Source of the DNA: Candidatus Poribacteria bacterium | GTDB lineage: Bacteria > Poribacteria > WGA-4E > WGA-3G | Length of the DNA: 64,000 nucleotides | NCBI GenBank assembly: GCA_965197475.1 | Contig: CBDANF010000003.1 | Span: 4,064,001 to 4,128,000 of the forward strand | Direction of reading: 5' to 3' | In this document: piece after piece, positions 1 to 10,962 of the stretch | Numbering within the stretch: position 1 is the first letter of the stretch | Layout: each line of letters opens with the position of its first letter | The notes under the pieces: model-generated | Seen by the model: only the letters and a program-made list of their open reading frames with translations | Database searches by the model: none | What the model was told of the DNA's origin: nothing | Made by a program: the position numbers and the translations under genes

Positions 1-1
1 A

Positions 2-319
2 ATTCCGGCAAACAATTGGGTGCTGGTGCTTCTCACACCGTTCATAACGCTTCCTGCAGGTTGCGCATTAAACACAACAATCGGCACATTACCTTGGATG
101 GCAGAACTGACACATCAACCGAAACCGATTTTACGAGTTTTAACCTTCACCGTGACACTTATTATTGATGTGGCATTCGTCATCGTCCCTATAATAGCAT
201 GGTATACAAAACACATTGTGCTATTTTTCGTAATGCTGATTCTACTCGCGGGCGCGTTCGTAATGTCTTATAGATACGGCATAGGTAATCTTCGCAAGTT
301 GTTAGTTGCGCAACATTAG
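2..319 (+). CDS. 3' end of a membrane protein (partial; frame open from window start)
   Basis: Frame open from nt 2 to TAG at 317-319; several hydrophobic segments. Confidence 0.55.
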   Translation: MPANNWVLVLLTPFITLPAGCALNTTIGTLPWMAELTHQPKPILRVLTFTVTLIIDVAFVIVPIIAWYTKHIVLFFVMLILLAGAFVMSYRYGIGNLRKLLVAQH

Positions 320-584
320 AAATCAAATTATGCACCCAATGCCATCTAATATTGTGTCTTTAAAATTATGGAAGGTAATTATATACTGCAACTTGTTATA
401 AAGGCATATTCAAGTGATGACAGATGTGTCTATAGTGCATGTGATGCGATAACCGAGTGAAATAAAAGATCATCACAAATCGTTTAATCTGCTACAATGG
501 TAAAATCAGAATTGAAGATGCTCAACGCTACTTATAGCGTGGACCGCGCGCCGCAAACTATTTTGATAATCGGGATGAAGAGTC

Positions 585-2564
585 ATGGTAACTTATGAAC
601 AATGGAACAAAGCAATCATTTCCTACTTTTTTGAAGATCGTGAACCTGGGGAAAAAGTCTTTTTACACACAACCTCTGATACACTGCCCGAAATCGCTAA
701 ACATGCAGGTTTCGATGTAGATGATCCCGAAGAAAGTTTGAAAGAGGTTGTCAGAAAAAAAGTTGTTTTAAATAGAGTTATTCCTACCGATGAGATTTGG
801 CTACGAAGAATTTCTCCAGCAGAAAAAGATCCCCCACATGTTGCTTTCCTTGCACTTTGTGTACTTGCGGCAAGTAGGATGGAAACCTCTGAAGAAGCAT
901 TTAATACCAATTACTATATTCAGTTAAATAAACTTCTGTTTAACAAACCCAATAAAGGAAAACCAAAAGGACTCAAGACTAAGGGTTGGGAAGAATTTTG
1001 GATATACCTCAAAGATTGGGTGGAAGATAAGTATGATGTAAAACTCTACCTCACACAAGGTCATCCAAGATATGTTTGGTATCCGATTTCGCAATGCCTG
1101 ATTAGCAAACATGACGAACATATTCTTCAAGCTATCTTCAAGGAAATGGATCTAAAGCAAGGTGCTTACCTTGACGAATCACAACTTCTGGATATAATTC
1201 GTTCATGTCAATCATTTACAAACCTATCATTGAAAATTAAACGACCCATTATGGATCAGAAGACAGCGGAAATTCGACTGATATTAGATCAAATTCAATT
1301 ACTTTTAATAAACTGGGACGGGGAAGTTTGGGAGAAGATACGACGCGGCACAACAAGACTAAGTTCTACATCAATTAGTGTCCAACTGTTCGATATGCCT
1401 GATGAAATTGATGAGGTTTGTTATTGGTTCAGACGTAGGCAAAAAAGCCAAATTACTTTCAAAGAAAACGCTCTCCATATTAAAACTCTACAATCACTCA
1501 ATGAGCAGTGGTTCAAACCAATTGCTGTGCGTGCTGAGCACTTGTCATTTCAGATATTACGAAAAGGTATTGAACTAAATACGACTGATGCAAATCCATT
1601 TACTTATCGGATAAAATCTTCTGATATATGGGTTTTCCGATGGGATGAAGATCTTGCTGACGGTTGGCTAAGCACAAACAACCTATTGTTACATGAAGAC
1701 CACCTTATCGTCTATTGTAAGCAATTAGAATGGGAAGTTACATCATTTTTAGAACAGGTTTGCGACAAAATATCTGCATCGAAACCAATTCGTATCGGAG
1801 GTAAAGGAACAGGTTGGCAATACATCAAGGCAAAACCAACCCGTTTATCTGATTCTTCTCTCTATGGATTTCGGATCACAACATCAGAAACAGATCAAAT
1901 TAAATTTGTGGGCGGATTGCTCTTAGGTGGGCAAAGAAACTCGTATATTGATTTCTGTCTCCCCACCATTGTTATTCCCAATCTTATTTCAGATTCCGAT
2001 GAGCCGTTATATATGAATGAACAACCCGTTGATATTCCAAGTAATCGAAAAATTGAACTTCCAGATAAGCCTGATACGGATAAATATCAGCTTTCATATC
2101 TTGACTGTCTTCAAACCACATTGCACATAATTACACCAAAACGTCCGGAAATGCCCCAAGAGAAAGTGCATACAACCGTACTATCCAAAAACAGAGATAC
2201 TATTCCCACTTATTCTAAAGATACAATAGCCGAAATTACGGAGAAATCTGGAGTGTGGCTCGCCGGTGCAAAGTTGTTCGGGACAGACATCCCCGATACG
2301 ACATGGGAGGACGTGGTTGAAGTTCCAATAGAACCACTGCCCCACAAATATGACAAAGTAGCACCTGCCCAACTCATTTCATCAGTCCTAAAATTGGCAA
2401 TTGAACTCAAAAACAACGGTTCATCAATCCCGGAACGGTTTGACGAAACAATCCAATATTTAGATGAGAACGTTGCTATGCAATCCCTTGTTCAGAAAAA
2501 ATTACAGCAATACAAAGAAAAAGCCCTATCGTATGATGATCTCCGTAAACGAGGAGGTGAGTAG
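585..2564 (+). CDS. Defence-associated protein resembling the N-terminal part of Druantia DruH
   Basis: 659-aa ORF; WNKAIISYFF, LALCVLAA, NYYIQL and YVWYPISQCLI resemble DruH as I recall it; first gene of an AT-rich operon ending in a DruE-like helicase. Confidence 0.55.
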   Translation: MVTYEQWNKAIISYFFEDREPGEKVFLHTTSDTLPEIAKHAGFDVDDPEESLKEVVRKKVVLNRVIPTDEIWLRRISPAEKDPPHVAFLALCVLAASRMETSEEAFNTNYYIQLNKLLFNKPNKGKPKGLKTKGWEEFWIYLKDWVEDKYDVKLYLTQGHPRYVWYPISQCLISKHDEHILQAIFKEMDLKQGAYLDESQLLDIIRSCQSFTNLSLKIKRPIMDQKTAEIRLILDQIQLLLINWDGEVWEKIRRGTTRLSSTSISVQLFDMPDEIDEVCYWFRRRQKSQITFKENALHIKTLQSLNEQWFKPIAVRAEHLSFQILRKGIELNTTDANPFTYRIKSSDIWVFRWDEDLADGWLSTNNLLLHEDHLIVYCKQLEWEVTSFLEQVCDKISASKPIRIGGKGTGWQYIKAKPTRLSDSSLYGFRITTSETDQIKFVGGLLLGGQRNSYIDFCLPTIVIPNLISDSDEPLYMNEQPVDIPSNRKIELPDKPDTDKYQLSYLDCLQTTLHIITPKRPEMPQEKVHTTVLSKNRDTIPTYSKDTIAEITEKSGVWLAGAKLFGTDIPDTTWEDVVEVPIEPLPHKYDKVAPAQLISSVLKLAIELKNNGSSIPERFDETIQYLDENVAMQSLVQKKLQQYKEKALSYDDLRKRGGE

Positions 2565-2566
2565 CC

Positions 2567-4537
2567 TTGCAAGCAAAACCTTATCCAGAAGCAAAGCGAA
2601 GAATTTTAATTGAACGGAGTGTAGAAGATTTTGTTGCCTTCTTAGAAGAAGTAACAGAAAGTCAAGGGCAGACCTTTATTCGAAATCAATTACTTCCCCG
2701 AACCGTTACAGGATTCCGACCTGGGCATGCTCCACTGACTCTGACGGTTCCAAAGTTGATTTCCAATCTAAAAGATGAACAAGAACTTACTAATCCTAAT
2801 TCTACCGTTTGGAATTTATTCAATAACACTTGGAGGTATTGGGTTGGATCTCACCAAGCACTAAATGACATTCTACTTGAGTTTGACAACAACGCAGATT
2901 TTGATGAAAACCATATCTGTATTACACCTCCGAACAGTGAACTTGATATACAATGTTTCGAAATCTTGCTGGAAGCAAGTCTCAACAATCAGATTGATCA
3001 GGAGACAATACGACGCTTTTACGAATATGGTCATTTTAACGAAGATGAACGGATAGAAGAATTAATTGATAAGGCACAACCTCAAGAGAAGATTGAACGG
3101 AAACAACAAATAGAACAACTACCCAAACATGTTGAAAGACTTCGCCAAGAAATTGAAGAACTTCGCACCCAAATTTCTAACTTAGACCTTATAAGTGAAC
3201 TACAACAAGCATTAGATCAACGAGTTGCAGAAGTCCAACAGTCTTTTGAAGATCAGTTAACACAGTTAAATGTTTCTGAAAATGTTAGTCGATTAAAACA
3301 ATTGATTGAATCTCTCAAATCTCAGATTGGTGAAGTTGAGACATCTCTGAAAACTCGGATTGATGCACTTGAGAATTCACAAAATGACTTCGTTAATCAC
3401 CTTAAGGAGACAACCGCGCAACTTAAACAGCAAATCCAAAACATCAACCAATCTATTGCAGAACGGCTTGGTAGCATGGACAGTGCTATTGCTGAAATTA
3501 AATCTATAGTAGAGGAACAAAATCAAACGAAGGTTCAACGAATCGCACGTCAAGCTATAGAGATCGGGAGACATTATGAATCCAAATTAACCTCGGAAAC
3601 TGGAAGTTACAGCAATGAAGAGGAGTATCTGGAAAAAATGTCCATTTTCCAGCAAAAGTTTGGTTTAACGAATTTGGAAGAAAAGGACGATTCCGAAGAA
3701 ATAGCTGCAGCTGTTCATATTGCTATGAAAGCCTTTCCTGCACTTGAGATTACCGATGACAGATTAATCAAAATTTGGCAGCTGATATGCGGTGATCATT
3801 TACATATCACAAAAATCAATGTGGAAATGGGATGGCTTGGATCGCAGGATTGGTTTCCTGGTCTCTTTTCCGAAGTATGTTTTGATAAACGTCTTGAAAA
3901 AATAGAGCTTGCTATCTCAATTCAGGAAATGCTTAAGTTAGGTGATATGCCTTGGGCAATCCATCTAAACAACTGTGATAAATCGTATCCAGATTCTTAT
4001 TTCCCATCTTTCCTTGATTGGATCAAAAAGACTTGCGATGATGGCATGAAGGTGTTTCTCACCCGTTGTTCAGGAACTAATCGTTGCATAACAAGTGAAG
4101 ACTTTTATGAAAGAGTCGCTCGTTTACCCAAACCAAACGAACAAGCACCAATTAATGTGCGACATTTGGAAGATCTACATGTTATTACTCGGAGTAAATG
4201 GGTGTCTTGGTGTCATCCGGATACGAGTGCAAGTGTGAGTTTTGAAAAGCAGTTTGATTTGCTTAAGAAACTCCAGACGATAATCGAAAATATGGAAGTA
4301 CAACTTCCGGAGAAAATTATTCCCGAAATTTCCCATTTTCTACAACTTTCACACAACATCTTAACGCCTACGCTTGCACTTGATTGGGCATTAACCTTAC
4401 GTCTTTTGCCATGGATTGAAAAACAAACTGAGATCGTTGATAGCATTTACAGTAGAGACAATTGGGAAGAATGGGAATTACCACATTTCTACAAAGGTTT
4501 ACAAAAGGCTCGGGAGAAAAATAATGAATCTAACTGA
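2567..4537 (+). CDS. Coiled-coil protein with a C-terminal degenerate McrB-like AAA+ domain
   Basis: TTG start after GAGGAGGTGA RBS; heptad-rich aa ~175-330; VEMGWLGSQDW, IHLNNCDKSYPDSYF and LDWALTLRLLPWI echo McrB-family motifs; no Walker A visible. Confidence 0.55.
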   Translation: MQAKPYPEAKRRILIERSVEDFVAFLEEVTESQGQTFIRNQLLPRTVTGFRPGHAPLTLTVPKLISNLKDEQELTNPNSTVWNLFNNTWRYWVGSHQALNDILLEFDNNADFDENHICITPPNSELDIQCFEILLEASLNNQIDQETIRRFYEYGHFNEDERIEELIDKAQPQEKIERKQQIEQLPKHVERLRQEIEELRTQISNLDLISELQQALDQRVAEVQQSFEDQLTQLNVSENVSRLKQLIESLKSQIGEVETSLKTRIDALENSQNDFVNHLKETTAQLKQQIQNINQSIAERLGSMDSAIAEIKSIVEEQNQTKVQRIARQAIEIGRHYESKLTSETGSYSNEEEYLEKMSIFQQKFGLTNLEEKDDSEEIAAAVHIAMKAFPALEITDDRLIKIWQLICGDHLHITKINVEMGWLGSQDWFPGLFSEVCFDKRLEKIELAISIQEMLKLGDMPWAIHLNNCDKSYPDSYFPSFLDWIKKTCDDGMKVFLTRCSGTNRCITSEDFYERVARLPKPNEQAPINVRHLEDLHVITRSKWVSWCHPDTSASVSFEKQFDLLKKLQTIIENMEVQLPEKIIPEISHFLQLSHNILTPTLALDWALTLRLLPWIEKQTEIVDSIYSRDNWEEWELPHFYKGLQKAREKNNESN

Positions 4538-5444
4538 AATTAATGTCTTTGATAAACTACTTTATTATTTATCACATGAAGGTGAAGTAAGTTGGACAAA
4601 ATTCAAGGATGCAATTGATAGATTGACCGGTGATCAACGACGTTTTGAATATATCTCTACTTACCTAAAATATCTTGCGAGATTGGGACATCTTGATTTC
4701 GACCCTATGCAATTATCACATGTTACAATTGGTCCTACCGTTCTTTTAGAAACAGCAGTAAAAAATAGATATGTTCTTGTAGGAAGTAGAACCCCTGCCT
4801 TACTTAAGGAAGTAGAAAAATGTGTTTCCGACATTGGTGGGAAACTTCGCTCAGAATCGAATAAAAATGCGCCAGCAACGATTATTATCAGCGATATTGA
4901 TGAAACGCCTTTCACGGAAATCGAAAATTTAGACATTCATATCAGCCTCGAATTTTCCGCGAAATTGTCACAAATACTACCAAAACCAAAACGCTCCAGT
5001 TTCCCTACGAGTGATACACTGCTTTCTGAATCTCGAAAAAAGTTTAATCACAAAACCTTGAAATTTGAACCTTTTAACCAACGACAACGAGGTAATGGAC
5101 TCTATGAAATTCCACAATTCGGTCGCAATATTTACATCTTAAAATCTGGTGATGATCAAAGAAGAGTGCCACGCGATTGGGGCACATGGCTTGCACTTTC
5201 CGATGCCGGTAAAACAACGGGATTTGTATATTATCGGAAAAAAGATTATAAATGGTTTGTAAAGTCTCCGTTGCAGATACCACTAATTTTAGACCGATGT
5301 GTAACACTCTGTTATGGTTCCCCACCAAAATCTGTATTATCTACAAAAAAGGATAAATTTTATCGTTATTCTCATGTTCACAAAGGTATTGCATATCAAT
5401 TAACCAAATCACTATATCAAAACTGGGAGAAAGTTGATGTCTGA
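4524..5444 (+). CDS. Defence-associated protein resembling the C-terminal part of DruH
   Basis: ATG at 4524 after GGGAG overlaps the upstream stop; LLYYLSHEGEVSWTKF, LARLGHLDF and VLVGSRT motifs; 306 aa. Confidence 0.55.
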   Translation: MNLTEINVFDKLLYYLSHEGEVSWTKFKDAIDRLTGDQRRFEYISTYLKYLARLGHLDFDPMQLSHVTIGPTVLLETAVKNRYVLVGSRTPALLKEVEKCVSDIGGKLRSESNKNAPATIIISDIDETPFTEIENLDIHISLEFSAKLSQILPKPKRSSFPTSDTLLSESRKKFNHKTLKFEPFNQRQRGNGLYEIPQFGRNIYILKSGDDQRRVPRDWGTWLALSDAGKTTGFVYYRKKDYKWFVKSPLQIPLILDRCVTLCYGSPPKSVLSTKKDKFYRYSHVHKGIAYQLTKSLYQNWEKVDV

Positions 5445-8400
5445 TCCTATAAAAACCGATCCTTTTAAAACATACAAACTGCTTTGCGATTCTTACATTC
5501 GTTACATACAAACCATTATGGGTTTCAATAGCGAGAAGTTAGAAGAAGAAAGAGACGAGTTATTACGCAAAAATGGTTTGCTTTTTCAGGATCCTCGTTT
5601 TGAACCAATATTTCCATATCCTTCCTCAAAAAGAACATTAACGGAATTGTGTGATGATCTAAAACTCACTTCTGAACTTGGTGAATTTCTCGCTACTGGA
5701 GGCGAAGAAGGGCTTGCCCCAAAAGATCGCCATCTCTATGAACATCAGGCAGATGCAATTAAAGCATCCGTTTTTGATGGAGAGGATGTCGTTGTTACAA
5801 CTGGCACAGGTTCAGGTAAAACAGAATGCTTTTTACTGCCAATCTTCAGCTATCTTATCAAAGAATCACGAGCTTGGACGAGTTATGGAAAGCGAAATAT
5901 AGACCATCCATGGTGGCGTACTCATGAACGATCAGTAGGAACTCGTATTCCACAACGTAAAGGAGAAACCCGACCCGCTGCTATCCGAGCGTTGATTATG
6001 TACCCGCTCAATGCTCTTGTTGAAGACCAGCTGATGCGGCTACGTCGCGCTTGTGATAGTCCAAAAGCACGCCAATGGCTAAACGATAAACGCGGTAATA
6101 ACCGATTTTACTTCGGACGATATAACAGTTTGACACCAGTGTCAGGCGCGGAAAACAGTAATAGTTTGAGAAGACTCCGAACTAAACTTGATGATCTACG
6201 TAAGCAATTTGAAAAAGTAAAAGATTCACCAAAAAAACGCTATTATTTTCCTTCAACCGATGTTGATACGGCTGAAATGTGGACCCGTTGGGACATGCAA
6301 AACCGCCCCCCTGATATATTAATCACAAACTATTCGATGTTGAACATTATGCTCACACGAGATTTGGAACTGCCAATATTTGAAGAAACCAAAAAATGGC
6401 TGGAACAGCCAGATAGCATTTTTCATCTCGTTGTTGATGAACTACATTCCTACAGAGGCACATCTGGTTCAGAAGTCGCGTTTTTACTTCGGACGCTTTT
6501 TAATAGACTCGGTCTTGACCCCGACTCGCCAAAGTTACGTATCATTGCTTCAAGTGCATCACTTGAAGGGAATAAAGAGCGCGTAAAAGATGAAGGTAGT
6601 GAAGAAGATGAAGCGCGTAAATACCTCCGTCAGTTTTTTGCACGTGGGAAAAGATTTAATATTATTGGTTCGCCTCCACACAGTGAAAAAAGAACTGAAC
6701 TTCGGGAATGCCTAAAACACGCAAAGCATTTTGAAGTATTTAATCGTAATGCTGATTCTACTGAATTGGATAAGATTCCAAAAGATCGCATCAAATCTGC
6801 TGTAGCGCAGCTTTGCTACTGTAAGGGTAAGCTGCACGCCTCAACGGTTGAAGACATGCTTGATGCTGCAAACAAGGTCGCTTCAACACCAATTACCGAA
6901 GAAACAATTCAGGGCTTAATTCGCTATCTAATTCAGCAAAAAGATTCAAAGAAAAATCAAGCATTATTGCCGCTACGCGTACATTACTTTTTCAAAAACT
7001 ATGAAGGACTATGGGCATGTAGCAATCCAAAGTGTCAAGGAGAACACGAAGATGCTACCATCGGAAAACTATTCGCAAATAGACGCGTTTTGTGTGATCA
7101 ATGTGGCTCACGAGTCTTAGAACTGTTAAACTGTGAAACCTGTGGAGATCTCTTTCTGGGAGGATATAAACAGCAGATATCCGAAAAGCCACCAAGTTGG
7201 TACCTAAGCGGGGATTATCAAGAATTAACAAGTTTGCCTGAAAAAGGCGTTAGGGATAGAAACTATGAAACTTATGCTATCTTCTGGCAGAGAAAACAAA
7301 TACCTGAACCAGATAGATCGTGGGAAAAACATGGTATTAAAAGACGGTGGGCACCAGGGCATTTCAAGCATGCCGAAGGAAAACTCACACGCAATTCTGT
7401 GAATTACAACGGTTATTTTTATAACATTGACAAGCCAGAGGATTGGTGTTCAGAAATTCCAAAATATTGCCCCAATTGTGGTGACGCGTGGGATCACACA
7501 AACAAGCCAAAACCAATCAGCGGGAAAGAGGAAACCTATTCACCACTCCATGATATGGGTACAGGTTTGCAGAAGATTATCCAAATACTTACACAAACTT
7601 TGCAAGCGACCGTTAAAGAACAATCCGATCGAAAAACTATTATCTTCTCTGATAGTCGACAAGATGCAGCGAAATATGCTGTTGGGCTACAATGGGCACA
7701 CTATCGAGATATGATTAGACTCATCGTTATTGATACGATGAAAAAACAGACAGAAGAATCTGATTTTACACTACTTCGTGATTTCCAAAATGGACGCATG
7801 ACTCGCGAAGAAGCACGCGATCCAATTAATCGCCTTATCGCTAATTTTCCAGACGAACAATCTATATTTTGGGATATTTACGATGGCAAATCTTTAACAG
7901 AAGATCAAAAAAGTCAATTAATTGCACTTGAGTGTAACTTTCCGTTTACCGTTCTTCAGGAAGAATGTTTTAAAGAATTTATTAACCACGGCATGAATCC
8001 CGGTGGCTACGGTCAAAAAGTTGATAGTTCTTATAACGGTGATAGTTGGTTGAACCTTTGTGATTGGGAACGCGATCCGGCTGTGTTACGCTCAAATAGA
8101 CAACTTGAACCTCACCATAAAACCCTTATAAGGGATATTGAGTCCGAATTTAAAAGAGTAATTGCAGAACGAATCCTGTTTGCAAGAAAAGATATGGGTT
8201 TAGAAGGATTAGGACTCGCATGGTGTGAACCTAAGATAAATCCTGATAAGTGGAGACTTAATAACGTTAATCCTACAGAAATAATGGCTTCAGTTACACG
8301 TATTCTTGGTGAAAGAAAGCGCACCAATATAAATCCCTTTCTTTTTCTTGAGATGGATATGCCAAAGTTTGTCGAAGAATATCTCGTGAAATCGGCAACT

Positions 8401-10881
8401 CCATTAGAGTGTTCTGTCGATGAACTTATAAAAACAATTGGCGAACAGATTGAAGCATCCAGCACCTTTGATGGCTATCTCATACGTGTAGAAGATTTGA
8501 GTATTCGTTTATCTCAAAGCAACACAATCTATCGGTGTTTAAAGTGTAAACGAAAGCACCTTTACAATGCGGGTGGGATTTGCACAAACACGAAATGCCT
8601 TGGAGAATTAGAGGAAATTGATAAAAATTTGGATAAATTAGAACAGTACGGTGGGTACTATACCTACCAAGTTGATCCTAAGGAACTTGGTATTCAGCCT
8701 TACCGTTTTCATTGCGAAGAGTTAACTGCACAAACTGATTCTGAAGAACGACCTACCCGGCAACGGTGGTTTCAAGATGTAATACTTGATGATGAAAATA
8801 AGAAAACGGATGAAATCGACCTTCTCAGCGTAACAACAACTTTGGAAGCTGGGGTCGATATCGGGGCACTTTCAATTGTATTAATGGGGAATGTCCCACC
8901 ACAGCGGTTCAATTATCAACAGCGCGTTGGACGTGCAGGAAGACGCGGTGAACCGATAGCCTACTCCTTAACGCTTTGCCGCCTTAGAACCCATGACGAT
9001 CACTATTTTTCACATACAAATCAGATTACAAATGACGAAACACCGCAGCCATATCTGGATCTCCGGAGTCAGGACATCATTCGTCGGGTATTAGCAAAAG
9101 AAGTTTTATTTAACGCTTTCCCGCACTCCGACACTGAAAATGCTAATGAGAGAAACGTCCACGGTAATTTCGGAAAAGTTTCCAATTGGTCAACTAATCG
9201 TGAAAAACTATCCACATGGATCCAAACACACCAAGAAACGATACCAAAAATCGTTCAAGTGCTTGCAGCACAAACGGAATTAGATACTAAAAACGCAACA
9301 GATGAATTGACACATTGGGTCATCAACAAACTTGAAAATGAAATTAGCAACTGCATAGATAACCATCTATTCAAAGATGATGATTTAAGCCAGGCACTCG
9401 CGGAGTCGGGGCTGCTGCCGATGTTTGGGTTTCCAACAGGTATACGTTTATTGTATCATCAACAACCGCGTAGATCCAATTGGCCCCCGACATCTGGTGT
9501 TGTTGACAGAAACATTGACATCGCTATTAACCAATTTGCCCCGGGTGCTGAAACTGTCAAGGATAAAAAAATCCACACATCTATCGGCATAGTTTCTTAT
9601 ATACCAGATGGCAATACTATGGGAACAGAAAGGGATATTGGACGTGAAAAATCTATAGGGTTCTGTGAAAGTTGTAAAGCCGTTTTCACTGAATCTATTG
9701 AAAACAAAAAGAAATGTGGAATATGTACAGATAGCAAATTTAAGCTAATCCAAGGTATTGAACCCAAAGGTTTCCTGACCAATTTCAAGCCAGATGATGC
9801 TCATGAGAATTTTAACAGGGCACCACGAGCAACATATTCACGCCTTCCATCAGATGTGCCAGCAAAATTGACAACACAACATAATTTTAGGTCGGGAGTA
9901 GAGCGTAAACTAAAACTATTTTCTATTAATACTAACAATGAGGGGTTTTTCAAACTTCGTAAACAGAAAGATAGCAATGCTCTTGTTTCGGCTGAAGTCT
10001 GCAGTGAACTTGCCCAAAAAAGTGGAAGGCACGATTTCAATGAAGATGGACACCTTGAAGGGAAAACGCGAAAATTTGCATTTTATGCATCTACAACTAC
10101 TGATATTTTGTTAATTGAGGTTGACGAAATACCAGAAGGCACTTCAAATAAATTACAAGGAGAATACTGGCGTGCAGCCTCGTATTCCTTCGGTTTCCTG
10201 TTCCGTCAGTTTGCAGCGAAACAATTGGACGTGTCACCAAAGGAATTGCGGGTTGAAATTCGTCCCGTGATAGAAAACGGGATTCCTAAACAACAAATAT
10301 TCATCGCTGATGCATTAGCAAATGGTGCGGGTTACTGCCGTCATCTCGGTGAGACTGATGCTAAAGGAATACCTTTCCGATTAGTTCAATTACTTAAAGA
10401 TATGACTAACCCCGATGATGATTTTGCAGAACGACTGATTGCTCATAGCAAAGATTGTGATTCATCTTGCTACAACAGAGGGTGTATGCGTGATTACTCC
10501 AACATGCCTTATCATCCATTTCTGGATTGGCGATTAGGGCTTGATGTAGCACAACTTTGCCTGAACGAAAACTATCAGATGGACCTCCAAAAAGACTATT
10601 GGTCTACCCTCGTAGACCCAGTAAAAAAGAACCTGGAAAAACTTCCCCAAAGCCTTGAATATAAGGATTACAACGGTGTCCCTGTTTTTGAAGATCAAGA
10701 GCAGCAGCGAGCATTCATTTTACATCACCCATTGGCTGCAACTGGTGATGAGGCTACACTACATATCAAATCAACTGTGGTTGATATTAGAGAATCAAGA
10801 TTTAAGGTGGATTACATCAATATTTTTAATGCTATTCGAAGGGTAAGTGACGTAATGAATACGCTGAATAAGAAACCATGA
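5437..10881 (+). CDS. druE: DruE-like SF2 DEAD/DEAH helicase with C-terminal DUF1998 Zn-binding domain
   Basis: TGTGSGKTE, YPLNALVEDQ, PDILITNYSML, VVDELHSY, SDSRQDAA, TTTLEAGVDIG and QQRVGRAGRR motifs; several CxxC pairs; DALANGAGY...CDSSCY..C; ~1814 aa. Confidence 0.85.
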   Translation: MSDPIKTDPFKTYKLLCDSYIRYIQTIMGFNSEKLEEERDELLRKNGLLFQDPRFEPIFPYPSSKRTLTELCDDLKLTSELGEFLATGGEEGLAPKDRHLYEHQADAIKASVFDGEDVVVTTGTGSGKTECFLLPIFSYLIKESRAWTSYGKRNIDHPWWRTHERSVGTRIPQRKGETRPAAIRALIMYPLNALVEDQLMRLRRACDSPKARQWLNDKRGNNRFYFGRYNSLTPVSGAENSNSLRRLRTKLDDLRKQFEKVKDSPKKRYYFPSTDVDTAEMWTRWDMQNRPPDILITNYSMLNIMLTRDLELPIFEETKKWLEQPDSIFHLVVDELHSYRGTSGSEVAFLLRTLFNRLGLDPDSPKLRIIASSASLEGNKERVKDEGSEEDEARKYLRQFFARGKRFNIIGSPPHSEKRTELRECLKHAKHFEVFNRNADSTELDKIPKDRIKSAVAQLCYCKGKLHASTVEDMLDAANKVASTPITEETIQGLIRYLIQQKDSKKNQALLPLRVHYFFKNYEGLWACSNPKCQGEHEDATIGKLFANRRVLCDQCGSRVLELLNCETCGDLFLGGYKQQISEKPPSWYLSGDYQELTSLPEKGVRDRNYETYAIFWQRKQIPEPDRSWEKHGIKRRWAPGHFKHAEGKLTRNSVNYNGYFYNIDKPEDWCSEIPKYCPNCGDAWDHTNKPKPISGKEETYSPLHDMGTGLQKIIQILTQTLQATVKEQSDRKTIIFSDSRQDAAKYAVGLQWAHYRDMIRLIVIDTMKKQTEESDFTLLRDFQNGRMTREEARDPINRLIANFPDEQSIFWDIYDGKSLTEDQKSQLIALECNFPFTVLQEECFKEFINHGMNPGGYGQKVDSSYNGDSWLNLCDWERDPAVLRSNRQLEPHHKTLIRDIESEFKRVIAERILFARKDMGLEGLGLAWCEPKINPDKWRLNNVNPTEIMASVTRILGERKRTNINPFLFLEMDMPKFVEEYLVKSATPLECSVDELIKTIGEQIEASSTFDGYLIRVEDLSIRLSQSNTIYRCLKCKRKHLYNAGGICTNTKCLGELEEIDKNLDKLEQYGGYYTYQVDPKELGIQPYRFHCEELTAQTDSEERPTRQRWFQDVILDDENKKTDEIDLLSVTTTLEAGVDIGALSIVLMGNVPPQRFNYQQRVGRAGRRGEPIAYSLTLCRLRTHDDHYFSHTNQITNDETPQPYLDLRSQDIIRRVLAKEVLFNAFPHSDTENANERNVHGNFGKVSNWSTNREKLSTWIQTHQETIPKIVQVLAAQTELDTKNATDELTHWVINKLENEISNCIDNHLFKDDDLSQALAESGLLPMFGFPTGIRLLYHQQPRRSNWPPTSGVVDRNIDIAINQFAPGAETVKDKKIHTSIGIVSYIPDGNTMGTERDIGREKSIGFCESCKAVFTESIENKKKCGICTDSKFKLIQGIEPKGFLTNFKPDDAHENFNRAPRATYSRLPSDVPAKLTTQHNFRSGVERKLKLFSINTNNEGFFKLRKQKDSNALVSAEVCSELAQKSGRHDFNEDGHLEGKTRKFAFYASTTTDILLIEVDEIPEGTSNKLQGEYWRAASYSFGFLFRQFAAKQLDVSPKELRVEIRPVIENGIPKQQIFIADALANGAGYCRHLGETDAKGIPFRLVQLLKDMTNPDDDFAERLIAHSKDCDSSCYNRGCMRDYSNMPYHPFLDWRLGLDVAQLCLNENYQMDLQKDYWSTLVDPVKKNLEKLPQSLEYKDYNGVPVFEDQEQQRAFILHHPLAATGDEATLHIKSTVVDIRESRFKVDYINIFNAIRRVSDVMNTLNKKP

Positions 10882-10962
10882 TATGAAACTCCAACTCAAC
10901 ACGAGACTCTCTCTAAGATGTTTCAGATATTAGTAGTTTAAAAGTACATGAAAGAAGGGTAT

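Noticed and set aside
585-10881. DISARM or BREX assignment
   Set aside because: DUF1998 is fused to the helicase and no DrmC/DrmD, MTase or PglZ genes are in the operon
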